Notes: generated by a model not told the origin, from the sequence alone. A stretch of DNA of 64,000 nucleotides from Octopus sinensis (GCF_006345805.1 NC_043005.1:73532001-73596000); one strand, 5' to 3'. Shown: positions 1-13,195, numbered from the stretch's first letter. Program-made: numbers and translations.

Positions 1-514
1 ACATTTATGTTACGTTTCAAGTAAAAATTATAACCAATATTACATCGACGCACACACACACACACGCGCGCGCGCACACATTTATACATATACGTATATG
101 CGTGCGTTAGTGCATCTGTGTGAATCAATGTGTGTGGGGTGTGTATACACATATATAAGCACTCGGCCCTCTCTCCTTCACTGCTGTCATTATTTACACA
201 CACACACACAAATATATGGGTTACATATTACATATTATATTATATTATATATATTATATTATATTATATCATATTATTTTATATATATATATAATATATA
301 TATATATTATATATATATATATTATACATATATATTTTTTCATATGCACATGTACGTATGTATGTTTATTCATACATATATATGTATATACACTTATATA
401 TATACATATATATACGCATATATATTCATATATTTATATAGACATACATAAGTGTATGTATGCATACATGACTAAATACATAAGTGAGTGTGTATATATA
501 TATATGTATGTATG

Positions 515-581
<67 letters not shown>

Positions 582-660
582 TATATATATATTATATATA
601 TATATATATATATATGTAAACATATACAGTCATGTGTGTGTGTGCATACGTGTTTTGTTA
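1..660. repeat. Compound (CA)n/(TA)n/(TATG)n microsatellite region
   Basis: Direct reading. The overlapping Y/I-rich ORFs are translations of the repeat. Confidence 0.95.
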
Positions 661-1134
661 CGAATATAAGAATGCGTGTATAGTTGTACGTATGTCTCTT
701 TAAAACTCAAATGTGTACGTGCCCAAACTTTTGTAATTATAACTTTTGAACGTGTATAATTCATGTTTACACACATGGACTAATATATTAATCCTATAGA
801 GAAATTGATTTTTGGTTCTGTTATGAAGCCAGAGCTACTAATTCTCATGTTTTACAAAGAACCAACATTGATTTACGCCAGAGTGCGACATATATTTTAT
901 GTAGAATTAATTAGATCATATAGTGAGTGATTCCTAATTTTCTCCTACATTCTTTAAAAAAATCTACACCTTTAGATGTTTCATTCTAAAATATTTAGTT
1001 AAAAAACTAATATATGTTAATTTATATAACGTAGTAAAACATAGGTTCTATGTTGAGTTGCCGAATTACCTTCTCTCACCGTAAATGCACCCAGACACGC
1101 GCTTACATACTTACGTATGTACAAACATACACAA

Positions 1135-1200
<66 letters not shown>

Positions 1201-1250
1201 ATATATATTATATATATATATGTATGTATGTATGTATGTATATGCATCAG

Positions 1251-1588
1251 TGCAGGCGAGACTGTGTGGTAGGAGGCTTTCTTCACCATTACAAGGTTTG
1301 AGGTTCAATCCCACGTCGTGGAACATTGGGCAAGTGTCTTCTACGATAACGCCTTCTACTTGGAACGACCAAAATCTTGAGAGTGGATTTCTAGAGAGAA
1401 AATGAAAGAAGCCCATCGTATGTGTGTGTGTGTGTGTATCTATGTGTCTGTGTCATAGTGTTTATGTTTGTCCCCTTGACAACGGGTGTTGGTGTGTTTA
1501 CGTTCCGTGACATAGTGTTTCGGCAAAAGAGACCGATAGAATAAATACTAGGCTGAAAAAAGAAATCCTAAGGTCGATCTATCCGGCT
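1251..1588 (+). mobile_element. tRNA-derived SINE family A, diverged and 3'-truncated
   Basis: Aligns by eye with copies at 20474, 40994, 42244 and 55710 (TTGGGCAAGTGTCTTCTA...GAAAGAAGCCC...CGGCAAAAGAGACCGATAGAATAA). Confidence 0.8.
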
Positions 1589-2624
1589 GTTTTATCGAAG
1601 GCGTATCTTTTGAATTCTTCGAAATATGGATTAGAAAAACAGCCGACAACTGATAAAGGGTCTTCTTTGAGCTGTTTGCCTTGCTTTCCATTTGCTTCTT
1701 CCGTTGTTCGCAAGGAGGGTTCCTATTCCATGTCCTCGTACTTCATATATTTTGTTGTTTACGTTTTGTGATGCCTGTGCCCACATATGCATATCTATAT
1801 AGGTATACATGTATGTACGTATATGTATGTATATATGTATATATACTTATATTATTTATATTATTTTATCATTGAACGCCACGTGTCCTTTTCCAAGTAG
1901 GTTTTATCGTAATAATTCTGATGCGACTCTCTATTCTTCATATTACACTCGTTGCTCACTTTATTTTCTCTTATTCTTTTACATCCTCTTCTCTCACTAT
2001 TCTATCCTATTACTCTTTCGTTTTCTCTCTTACTTTCTCTTATTCTTTCACCGCGCATTCTCCCTCTTTTTTCTCTCTTATCCCTTCTCCAAATCTTTTC
2101 CTCTCCTCTTTACAATTCTCTGTCTGTCACTCACTTCCGTCACTCTTCCTCCTTTGTTCACGTGGATCCCACGTGATCATCGGTCATTGTTTTTCCTTCT
2201 AACTTGTGTTTCATTCTTTCTTCCTGTTGTAGCTAAACAAGGAATATGAATTCTTGTCTGTCTCCTGTCCGAACTTGTTTCTTCGCGTTCGCCACCGCAA
2301 CCTTGTTTAGGCTTAGCAGCCCTTCCTCTTTGTTTTCACTGTCCTGTTTTTGTCACCACTTTTGACCCTCCGCAAAATCCCAGATTTTACTTAATTTGCT
2401 TTGCGGGAGCAACTGTTTTATCGAAAGCGTATCTTGTCGTGAATTGCTCGAAATACGGATTAGAAAAACAGCCGACAACTGATGAAGGGTCATCTTTATA
2501 CTGTTTGTCGTATTTTCTATTTCTTTATTTCGTTTCTCGCAAGGAGGGTTCCTATTCCATGTCCACATACTTCGTATATTTTGTTGTTTACGCTTTGTAA
2601 TGTCCTGTGCCCACATATGCATAT
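1587..2624 (+). mobile_element. Element bounded by about 210-bp direct repeats (1587-1794 and 2413-2624), possibly Penelope-like pLTR remnant
   Basis: Both repeats read CTGTTTTATCGAA...GGATTAGAAAAACAGCCGACAACTGAT(G/A)AAGGGTC...GTGCCCACATATGCATAT and end at TA-rich tracts. The class assignment is inference. Confidence 0.5.
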
Positions 2625-2672
2625 GTATATACGTATACATGTAAGTATGTACATATACGTATGTATATATGC

Positions 2673-2709
<37 letters not shown>

Positions 2710-2735
2710 AGATATATGTACATGCATGTATGTAA

Positions 2736-2772
<37 letters not shown>

Positions 2773-2778
2773 TGTATA

Positions 2779-2824
<46 letters not shown>

Positions 2825-2846
2825 GTATCTATCTAATCTATCTAAT

Positions 2847-2939
<93 letters not shown>

Positions 2940-2978
2940 GCACATACATGGTATACATAAATAAATTTTCCAATGAGG

Positions 2979-4810
2979 GTAAGTGAAATATTGAATGAGC
3001 AATTCAAGAGTGTTTTCACTCCACCCCTTGGGCATTTCCAAATCACCAATCCAACTGACTTCTTTACCACTGCAGATATAAAATCAGAGGCGGCGACGAT
3101 AGATTACATCGATATAAGGGAAGACGATGTAATAAAGGCTATAGACGAAATGAAAACAGACTCAGCTACTGGCCCCGATGGATTCCCGGCGATCCTCCTA
3201 AAAGTATGTAAGAGAGTCCTAGCAAACCACTGCAGTTCCTCTTTCAGAGCTTCCTTGCAGCTGGCAAACTTCCAAGAAAACTGAAAGAAGGTAAAATATG
3301 CCCTATTCATAAAGGAGGTAGCAGAGCGGAGGCCAAGAACTACAGACCTATCTCTCTGACCTCACACATCAGCTAGGTCATGGAACGAATAGTCAGAAGG
3401 AAACTGATCACCTTCCTTGAAGAAAATGACTTGATGCCTGACACCCAACATGGTTTCCGACCAGGAAGAAGCTGTTTAACTCAGCTCCTACAACACTATG
3501 ACTGGGTGCTGAAACGACTGCTCAACCACTCAAATGTGGAAGTGATATATCTCGACTTTGCAAAGGCCTTTGATAAAGTCGATCATGGAATGATATGTCA
3601 CAAACTGCGGGATCTTAGCATAGTTGGAAAACTGGGAGAATGGCTTCATGACTTTCTGAAAGATAGAAGTCAGGTGGTAGTAGCCAATGGGGCCACTTCC
3701 ATTAACACGCAAATAGTGAGCGGTGTTCCGCAGGGCAGTGTTTTGGGACCACTACTGTTCATAATAGCCCTCTCAGACATGCCCTCAGCCACGCAGAGAG
3801 CCACGATCACAAGTTATGCAGATGATACAAAAGTTTCACAGGCAATACAGAACCCTGAGGACACTAAACGCCTGCAATGTGAGCTGGACAAAATATACAA
3901 GTGGGCTGAAAGAAATAGCATGCAGTTCAATGCTGAAAAGTTTCAAGCTTTATGCTATCAGCATGCAAAACTAAATGCAATACCCAATGAATACACTGGA
4001 CCCGGAGGAATTGCAATCCCAGAGGCACATTCAGTGCGTGACCTGGGTATTCATGAGCGATGACGCAACCTTTCGTGTACATGTTGCTAAATGGCAATGA
4101 AATGTAGACGACTGGCCGGATGGATTCTCAGAACCTTTAGAACAAGAGAACAAGAAACCATGATGGTCCTCTGGAGGACACTTGTCCTAAGCCACTTTGA
4201 CTATTGCTCTCAGCTATGGTCACCATCCAGTGTCAAGTTGATCACAGAACTTGAGGCGATCCAACGTAGCTACACGAAGAAGATAGCCTCTGTGCAGAAT
4301 ATAAGCTACTGGGAAGACTCAAGAGATTAAAACTCTATTCCTTAGAGCGTAGGCGAGAAAGATATGCCATAATATACATCTGGAAGATCCTGAAGGACTT
4401 GTCCCAAACTTTGGCATCGAGAGTTACACACAATGCCAGAACTGGGCGCTACTGCGTGGTGCCTAGGACTCTAAACCTTGCCATCAAGATGTAGGACAAG
4501 ATACTGTGATAGCCTGGCTTCCGAGGCCCACAGCTCTTCAATATCCTCCCGAAGAACCTAAGAGACCTGCATGGGGTGGATGCAGATGTCTTTAAAATGA
4601 AACTGGATCTCTTCTTGTCAGGTATCGCAGATGAACCAACTTCACGGCAGGAGGTGCAGATGAGGGCAGCTGCATCGAACTCTCTCATGCACCAAATGGC
4701 AGTTGCTAAAAAGCATTCGTGAAGTAAAACCATGTAGCAACACCAAATGGCGGTGCCCCAGAATGGCCACAGCTCGTGAGCTGAAACTAGAATCAATCAA
4801 TCAATCAATC
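2979..4810 (+). mobile_element. CR1-group LINE, 5'-truncated and frameshifted RT, with (AATC)n tail
   Basis: Fragmented ORFs carry RT motifs GPDGFPA, NYRPISLTS, QHGFRPGRSC, YLDFAKAFDKV, GVPQGSVLGPLLF, YADD and DYCSQLWSP. The tail (AATC)5 is at 4791-4810. Confidence 0.92.
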
Positions 4811-5391
4811 ATACACATACACACAGAGTTGTAACAACAGGCTTTTAGCTATTGTGAAAAGCTCAGTGTGTGCCGTGTAAAAAAAAGTGTGCATAAAATG
4901 AAATTTTCGTTTAAGGAAATATATCAAGAAAGATTTCGTCAATAAAAATGGGATAATAATATCTAAATATATAGCATATCACTACTCGGTGTTGATATTC
5001 AAATATTCGTCGTACAGATGGTGTTAATGAGACAAATGCTATACAAGATGCCAAAGAACTGAAGTTAGAATAAAGCGGTAAGATGTAGATAAAAACCTCT
5101 TGTTAGTGGAAGTGATTGTAATACAAGTATCGTTTCGTTTATTGCATATTATATTAATTTTACCCTAAAAGCATTGGAATCAAAGTGAGGAGATGAAAGC
5201 GCAGTATCTTAGTTTCATTACTATAATAGATATTCTCGCTTGTATTTATGCTATAGATCTAATATAAGAGCTCTCGTTCACTTGCACGTACCCACAGACA
5301 TTCATTTATGTATATATATATATATACATATATAATGTTAATTTCCCTCTCTATGTGTCTATCTACACTTCTTTGTCTCTCCATTTTTTTA

Positions 5392-5432
<41 letters not shown>

Positions 5433-5436
<4 letters not shown>

Positions 5437-5533
5437 CAGCGTGGAAGGTGTTTGTAAGCCATTTAAGAAACACACAAAAGCCGTTCGATTCACTTCAACA
5501 TTTAAGTTTAAGTTGTCAAAATATTTTCGTCGC
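5433..5533 (-). repeat. Repeat family G, partial inverted copy (3' half of hammerhead-like motif)
   Basis: 5433-5531 is the reverse complement of 6521-6619 at 97/99 by manual comparison. It is flanked by (TA)n on both sides. Confidence 0.9.
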
Positions 5534-5587
<54 letters not shown>

Positions 5588-5603
5588 GTGTGTGTGTGTG
5601 TGT

Positions 5604-5638
<35 letters not shown>

Positions 5639-5956
5639 CTATACGAACATATATGTGTGTATATATACAACTTTCAACAAAGTAACAGTCATGTACACAA
5701 CTTGGACGAACACATACCAGTACACGGACATACGTTTACATGCACATACACATGTACACACACACACACAGACGCGTCTGCTCATTCTCCTAGTTACTCA
5801 CATACATACGTAGCACATGAGTACAAACATACATACATACCTACGTATGGGCATACACACGTACACACGCACATACATGTACGCACACACATACATAGGC
5901 ACATGCATACGTGCGCGTATACATACATACGCACATGCGTACGTACGTGCATACAC

Positions 5957-5989
<33 letters not shown>

Positions 5990-6449
5990 CATACATACAT
6001 ACATACATACATACATACATACATACGTACATACATACATACACACATACATACGTATATATATTTAACCTGAACTAACTAGATGTAAGGGAGAAAAAAA
6101 AACAAGTAATAGTAAAACAAAAGTTTTGTGATATAGAGATAAATGTCTGATAATAGGTTTTAGAGTTTTGTTTTGGGCGTGAGGGTCGTAAATCACTTCC
6201 TAGTTTCGGCGGGGAAGATTGAAGTTTGATATTATTGTGATGAGTGGTCACTCTACATCTATCCATCACTACAGGTTTATAGCTTTAAGTTTATAGTTTG
6301 TATGTGCGTGCATATACACACACATACTTACATATATACATACATACATACATACACACAGGCGTATGTACGTACATACATACATACATGCATGCATGCA
6401 TGCATACATGCGTGTATACATACATACACACATACATACGTACATATAT

Positions 6450-6685
6450 ATGACGAACTAACTGTTACTTTCTCAGATGCAGCACAGATTTTTGTCAGTG
6501 AACAGGTCGCGGATTTTAGGGACGAACATATTTTGACAAATTAAACTTAAATGTTGAAGTGAATCGAACGGCTTTTGTGTGTTTCTTAAATGGCTTACAA
6601 ACACCTTCCACGCTGCAATTGTTTTCGTTCCAGCACACGATCTCAGATCAAATCACTTGCTATGCGAGTACATCTCCGTAATATT
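6450..6685 (+). mobile_element. Repeat family G, probable Penelope-like terminal repeat
   Basis: Has an inverted partner at 5433, contains a hammerhead-like fold, and ends at TA-rich sequence. The class is inferred. Confidence 0.55.
6491..6540 (+). ncRNA. Minimal type-I hammerhead-like motif with G3:C8 core swap
   Basis: TTTGTCA|GTGAACA|G|GTCGC-N8-GGGAC|GAA|CATATT|T|TGACAAA. The sister copy gives GCGAC|GAA|AATATT|T|TGACAA. Confidence 0.55.
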
Positions 6686-7120
6686 TATATCTATATACAG
6701 GTATATGCGTGTCGCAGTATGACCACAAGCTATCTGTTCCTTGAGTGTGCTCTATAACTAATTAGTTAGTACTATAACCATGTTTCCGCACAATACATAC
6801 GCAGAAGTAATGAATCTAGAGAAAATATGTGAATATTTAGTTTATCCTTTACTTTCATTCTTCAGCAATCTCTGTGTAACCTTGCTCTGTAAAAAGAATA
6901 CGTCATAAAGTGTTAAACATGGAACGCAACAAATCAAGAGCATTTAAGAACAGCAAAACAACCAATCCTGAGCATTTATATTGTAAAAAAAGGGCCATTA
7001 TTAAGAAATGCTTCGAAAACCTAAAGAATCGACGTTTGATATATTCCAACTGTAACAATCAAGGTATTTTTTCAGTGAGAATAGTGTAGAAATAATGGTT
7101 GGAAATTTCCATATAGGACT

Positions 7121-7251
7121 CATCAACCCCAGTGCTCAACTAGTACTTACTTTATCGACCCCGAATGGATGAAAAGCAAAGTCGACCACGGCAGAATTCG
7201 AACACACAACGTGAAGATGGTCGAAGTGCTAACGATTCTGCCAGTTCGCTT
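7121..7251 (-). mobile_element. SINE family C, partial
   Basis: Reverse complement of the GGTCGACTTTGCTTTTCATCC...GGGGTCGATAAAGTAAGTAC core and the GAACTGGCAGAATCGTTAGCAC head. Confidence 0.8.
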
Positions 7252-7368
7252 AGAAATAATGATGTACTGTTTGAGCCAATGAGTGACGCCGATGTAATAC
7301 AAATGTGCAAGAGCATGGATTATTATTGTACATATACAAAGAAAATATGTGTATATTTGCATGGAAGA

Positions 7369-7822
7369 AAGACTGGTACTCCGTTGGTTGCAACGACGGG
7401 GTTTCCAGTTCATCCGACCAACGAAACAACCTGCTCGTGATATTAAGGTGCAAGTAGCTGAACCCTCGACAGAGTACCTCTGGGGCGTTCAGCGTGAAAC
7501 GTAGTACCTCAGGTGCGTTCAGCGTGAAACGTGGTACCTCAGGGGCGTTCAGCGGGAAACGTAGTACCTCAGTGACGTTCAGCGTGAAACGTAGTACCTC
7601 AGTGACGTTCAGCGTGAAACGTAGTGCATCAGGAGCGTTCAGCTTGAAACAGTGTAATAAGGCTGGCTCTTAGTAATACAAGTACTACTCATTTTTGCCA
7701 GGTGAGTGGACTGGAGCAATGTGAAATAAAGTGTCTTGATCAAGAATGCAACGCGTCGGCGGGAATTGAACTTACGATCTTATGAACGTGATGTGACCAC
7801 CATAACCACTAAGCCACACGTA
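7369..7822 (-). mobile_element. tRNA-derived SINE (head H2, tail Tc) with internal minisatellite
   Basis: The head matches 34594 and the tail matches 47200-47379. Confidence 0.8.
7471..7650. repeat. 30-bp minisatellite, 6 copies
   Basis: Contiguous units of about GTAGTACCTCAGGGGCGTTCAGCGTGAAAC with no spacers. Confidence 0.95.
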
Positions 7823-7909
7823 TTTACAAGGAAGAAAGACCAAGAAACAGGGGAAGGAGGAAGAAAAAGAGAAAACAATAAGAGACTGCAAAAATTTAAT
7901 AAACAATAG

Positions 7910-8085
7910 AGTGGCGAGCTGACCGAATCGTTAGCACACCGAGTAACGTGATTAGTAGCATTTCCTTTGTCTTTATGTTCTCAATTCAAATCCCGCCGAG
8001 TTTGTCTTTCAGGGTCGATGAAATAAGTATCTGTTGGGCATTTACCTCCCCCAAATTGTCGGATTTGTGCTAAAATTTAAAAGCA
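7910..8085 (+). mobile_element. SINE family C, diverged
   Basis: GGCGAGCTGACCGAATCGTTAGCAC head and TTCAAATCCCGCCGAG...GGGTCGATGAAATAAGTA. Confidence 0.75.
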
Positions 8086-10657
8086 ATATTTAAGGGAAAA
8101 ATGTCGGTGATTGGTTTATCATCCTTTTCTTTCCTATTTTTAAGTCATTCGCCCCTCCTCTCTCTCTTTCTCCCCCTCTCTCTCCCCCTCTCTCTCTCTC
8201 TCTCTCCATTGGTTCTACCCTATCAAAACGATTGACTTTTAAGTTCTTCAGTCACTCAATATCAAACATCTACAACTTTCTTCCCTTGTCCCCACATTTG
8301 TTATTATACCTTTGAAATCATACCTCAGCAAGCTTACGTGGGGAGATCTGCCTGTTTTATACGACAGCTCTATCTTGTCTGTAAGTGGACACAATTTCAA
8401 TAAGTCAAAAATATATCTGGTATGTTATTTAAGAGAACGTTATCCGACCTTGTGAGAAGTTTGCCTCCCAACAATACAGCTCCGGGTTCGGTCCGACTAC
8501 TTACCATCATAGGCAAATGTCTTCTACTATAGCCCTGAGCTGAAAAAAAAACATTGTCAGTTCAAATTCCATCAAGGTGACGAACATTTTGTTTTCTTTG
8601 AGGTCGATAAAATAAGTACCAGTTAAGTCCGCGAGTCGAAGTAATCGTCTTGCATGATGCCCTCAGAATTGCTGGTCGTATTCCAAAACCAGAAATAAAT
8701 ATTGTATTCAATCCAGTCTCTTAGAATACCTGGTTGAATATAACATCTTAGCTGGGTTCTCCCAATTAAAGCAAAATACCCGACGGCTTTATTTATCTTT
8801 TCTAATACCTAATCACACTCAAATCACCTGCGGCGCTATTTTTCGAAGAATCGTATTCCTGATTAATTAATTATTTGCTAACTACCTAGCTTTCCTACTC
8901 CGAATAAATACGATTATATATAATTTTAAAGACATTTTTGTATTTACTTTCTATAAAATAGGTACAAACACATCTAATTTCAATTATCCTTTATGCGTCA
9001 TCGACGTTTTCGTATGCATCTTACACATTATTATGAATAATTACCCTCACAATTTTTGCTATAGCATATAATGAACCATACCCGTAAACATTTTAATCAG
9101 CATACCTAACTCTGGTGCTTGTAGCTTTGTAACTTTTATTCCATGTATTTTCATGTTAATTTCATGTGTGATTAAATTTTACTCCAAGAAGTGTGATGTT
9201 GGATTTATTATACGCTTCTTTGAATATATGATTTAGTTCTGATGCCGATCACAATTAGATCTTCTCTGTATTCCTGTGTTTGTCATCTTTTCCTTTTCTT
9301 TCCTCTTTTTTTTTTTTCATTTTTCCATTTTTACCTTTCCTTTTCTTCGTTTTCTGCCTCTACTTTCAATCTATCGATTGCCACCTTTGTATGTAATAAA
9401 ATTTTCCTATGTTAAAACACCATATCAGATCCGATAATGTTATTTACATCAAAACCATGTTACAAAGATTTTGCCGTAAATAACAACAATATACTTGTAG
9501 TGTTTTGTGATTGCGTAGGCAAGCATGTGCACGTTTCTGAAAATAATTATTGTTATGAAAAGTATATTCTTCCGAAAACTAAAAATTGGCAGTTATATTT
9601 CCTCACCCAAAACGATGTCATTGACTTTATTAGAAACAATATCAATATACGTTGTGCAACACATCAACTCTGTAATGAAATTGGCATCTCTTTAGATGAT
9701 AGAATAGTTTAACCTGAACATATTCAATTATGAAATACTGTATTCAATGATATTTCTATATAAGTGAAGCTGATTACAATAATTCTTAATATGGACGAAA
9801 TGTGGATTCTGGTCTGTAATGAAGTTTAATTGCACTGCAAAGTTTAAAAAAGAAACTAACAAAAACTTCGTTTTGTTTTCAGCACATCAGTCTTCTATGA
9901 AATTAAGAAAATCAATTTCGTTGTGTAGAGAAACCTATTTGTGGTATTAATTTTAGCAGGCAATAATTTTTTTAATAAGTAATTAAATGCCGGATACAAC
10001 CGATGATGATATTTGAATAATTGTAGTTAATATCTTTGTATAAATGTTTTATGTCACATTTTTGTTGATATTGTAAAAAATATTCATTTATTCTTTTCAA
10101 TTTCATTCAGTTATAATTCCTTTACTCTAACTTATAGTTGTCCACTTTCTTTCATATTTTATTGTTGCTGTTGTAAATGAATTCCATTGTTGCTGTGACT
10201 GTCATTGCTGTTGTTGATGTTATTGTTGTTATGAATGTCGTTCCTCGACTACTTCTTTGCCTTCTAATTTCAACTTCTTCAATCACTCTTTCCACCTTTC
10301 CATCACCTTTCATTCTGATAATTAATATCTTCACCATCTTATAATCCTAATATCACTGTCAACATCATTTCCACCACCATCACGACTATCCCTCGTATCA
10401 CTATCATTCCTATCAATCTCCTCTCGGATTTTATCATTTTTCAAATCATTCTTCGTTCTAGAATGTTCCGAGTGATCAATGCCTCTACTTTCTCAAAATC
10501 TAAATTATTTTTAGTTTGAATTGCTACTATATTCTAATGTTCTATCATATTGCCCTTGTGGCACACAAAGTAACAACATATTATCGTTATATCATTATTG
10601 TTTTTTTTATTATTACCATCATCAGCATCATCATCATCCTCATCATCATCATCATCC

Positions 10658-10689
<32 letters not shown>

Positions 10690-10794
10690 TAGCAATCATG
10701 CGAACTGGTATTGATCGGACTACAGAAAATGAGGGAAAATTTAAATTGGCCCGTAAAGATTCCGCTACATAAGTGGTCTTGCCATGGACTTACT

Positions 10795-10825
<31 letters not shown>

Positions 10826-11912
10826 ATATGCACACACACACATGTGGGGAGCGTATTTGTATACGTATATGTATATATGTCTGCACATATATGTATATAT
10901 ATATAGATCTATATACATGTAGGTAACATATATATAAATATGTATGTGCGTATGTATGTATGTATGTATGGATGGATGGAAGGATGGATGGATGGATGGA
11001 TGGATGGATGGATAGAGGGATGGGTGGATAGATGGATGGATGGATGGACGGACGGATGGATGGAATGGCGTATTATCAAAACAGAGCTTAAAACGAGAAA
11101 TATCTAACTAATAACATTGCCGAGCAAAGATTTTATAGTTCTTGTGATATAAATATTCTAATGTTTTGCAGACATATAAAACATGCTAGACCATAACAAT
11201 CGCTGCGTTATGGTGTACCGGATTTAAAAAGGTTCACCTTTTTATCATAGCTTTTATAGTGTCGAGGGTAAAACTGAGCCGTAGAGCCCAAAACAAATTT
11301 CTTTGATGTAATTTTATCACTTTGAATTTTTAGTTCGTTCATCATGAGTACGTACTTTATGTTTCAAACTACAATGATCAGAAAAATAAAATACGAATCA
11401 TGTAGTGTAGTGGATCAAGTCAATTACATACTCCTAGACATTTGTCCTGGCATCAGAAGCTATTTTCCTAATGTATCAATCTCGTCTTTGCCGACTTTTC
11501 TTAGGTACAGTGCACCAGAATCACATACCCTACGTATATATCCTTATTCGTTCTGGAATGAAGTGATCCTAATTATTATCTACATTGAAGACCAATAGCG
11601 CTTATTTTGTGTTTCTGCATATTATGTGTATTTTCGATGACTGTTACTGTAAAATAATTTGGTCAAGGAATGTTTCTTTTGTTACTGGTGCGCGAATATC
11701 TTGCTTCAATTTGTCATATATTGTAGTCACTGTCAGAGTGGTTAATGTTAATTTCAGTTGAATTAGTTTTACCATTTATTTGGGATCTTTACTTTTTGAC
11801 CGACAGATTTTAAGAAAATATTTTTTTGTAACTAAACATTTTCAAACTTCGGACACTGGTAGAATGTGTCATATAAAACATCTTTAGTATTATAAAACAT
11901 CTTATAGTAGTG

Positions 11913-11952
<40 letters not shown>

Positions 11953-11959
11953 CAGCGGT

Positions 11960-12015
<56 letters not shown>

Positions 12016-12017
12016 CG

Positions 12018-12071
<54 letters not shown>

Positions 12072-12324
12072 TAGTAGTAGTAGTAGATTGAAAGGAAAAA
12101 TTATCATCACCTTCATCAATGTTATATTCAGTGTTGTAATGTAAGGGTAACCAGAATTTTTTAATTACAAGATATTGGTATTCTACAAAAATAAAATACA
12201 GTTACTCCATTGTTATTCCAATGTTCGGTTGAAGCAATTATTTTATTTATGATTAACCAGTACTATGACCTTCACATATTAAGTCATGATACTGCAAATA
12301 ATCTACATATATGACAATTTCAAA

Positions 12325-13073
12325 TCTTACTATTAATTAAGGGCGTTGTCTCTCCGTCTGTCTCTCCGTCTGTCTCTCCGTCTGTCCGTTTGTCTGTTTG
12401 TTCCCTCTTCACGGTCAAACGGCTGGTCACGATGTTTTTCCGGATTACTAAGTGGGTAATCAGGAAGGTTTTTAGCGAAAAACAAACGCGAAAAAGTATC
12501 ATTATATAGTGGATATAGAGTTTTGTATTAATAAAACACCATTGATTGTGTTTTTTTGTTTTTTTTTTGTTAAAATTCCGGCGTCGAGGACTAACTCTGA
12601 CCCACCGCTCGCCGTATAGTTCGTGAATTTAGAGGGTTTAGATTTGCGATACTGTCCCTTTATTTCCCATCGTAGATGAGCAGATTTGCCATCTTGCTAT
12701 AATGGGCGTTATGTCAGTTTGTCCATCTTTTTGTCAGTTCCTGCTTTACGCCAAGACGGCTGGACCAATGGTTACGATATTTTTCAGGATTACAAAGAAG
12801 GTCGTCAGGAAGGTTTTTAGCATTAAAAAATCGAAAAGTATGATTTTTTAATTAATAAACCACCTTATCATTTTTATTAAAAAGTCACCGACTATGAGTA
12901 ACTCTGGATTTTCATCGTATAATTCGTGGCCCCATCGTAGATTTGAAGCCGAGTCGCAAGGACGATTAATACCGAAAACAAAATGGAAAATGCGTGTGTC
13001 AGTATATAGTCCGTGTGATTCTTTAATGGTTATTGAAGTGTGTCAGTCTCGAGCAGAATTCGAGACGGCTAAT
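12325..13073 (+). mobile_element. Non-autonomous Helitron-like element with duplicated 5' module
   Basis: A|TC start, then (CCGTCTGT)-type repeats and TCACGGTCAAACGGCTGG (module repeated near 12705-12840). A 3' hairpin GTCTCGA-N7-TCGAGAC (13046-13066) is followed by CTAA|T, a degenerate CTAG|T. Confidence 0.6.
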
Positions 13074-13195
13074 CGAAGTGGCTGTTGTTTAAATCTCAGT
13101 TTTGTCAATCAAAATAACCCATGGTACCAGAACATCCGGACGTTATTCACATAGAACAGTGAGAGGTAAGTCTTAGTTTCATCTTTTGCAAACCT

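Noticed and set aside
7471-7650. 30-bp repeats resembling a CRISPR array
   Set aside because: The units are contiguous with no unique spacers, there are no cas genes, the context is eukaryotic, and the unit derives from a SINE segment.
9437-9712. 91-aa non-repetitive ORF
   Set aside because: It has no recognisable motif, and such a length is attainable by chance. It cannot be supported without a homology search.
11186-11214. CTAG next to an 8-bp hairpin as a Helitron 3' end
   Set aside because: The junction is CTAG|C rather than CTAG|T, there is no spacer, and I found no matching 5' end.
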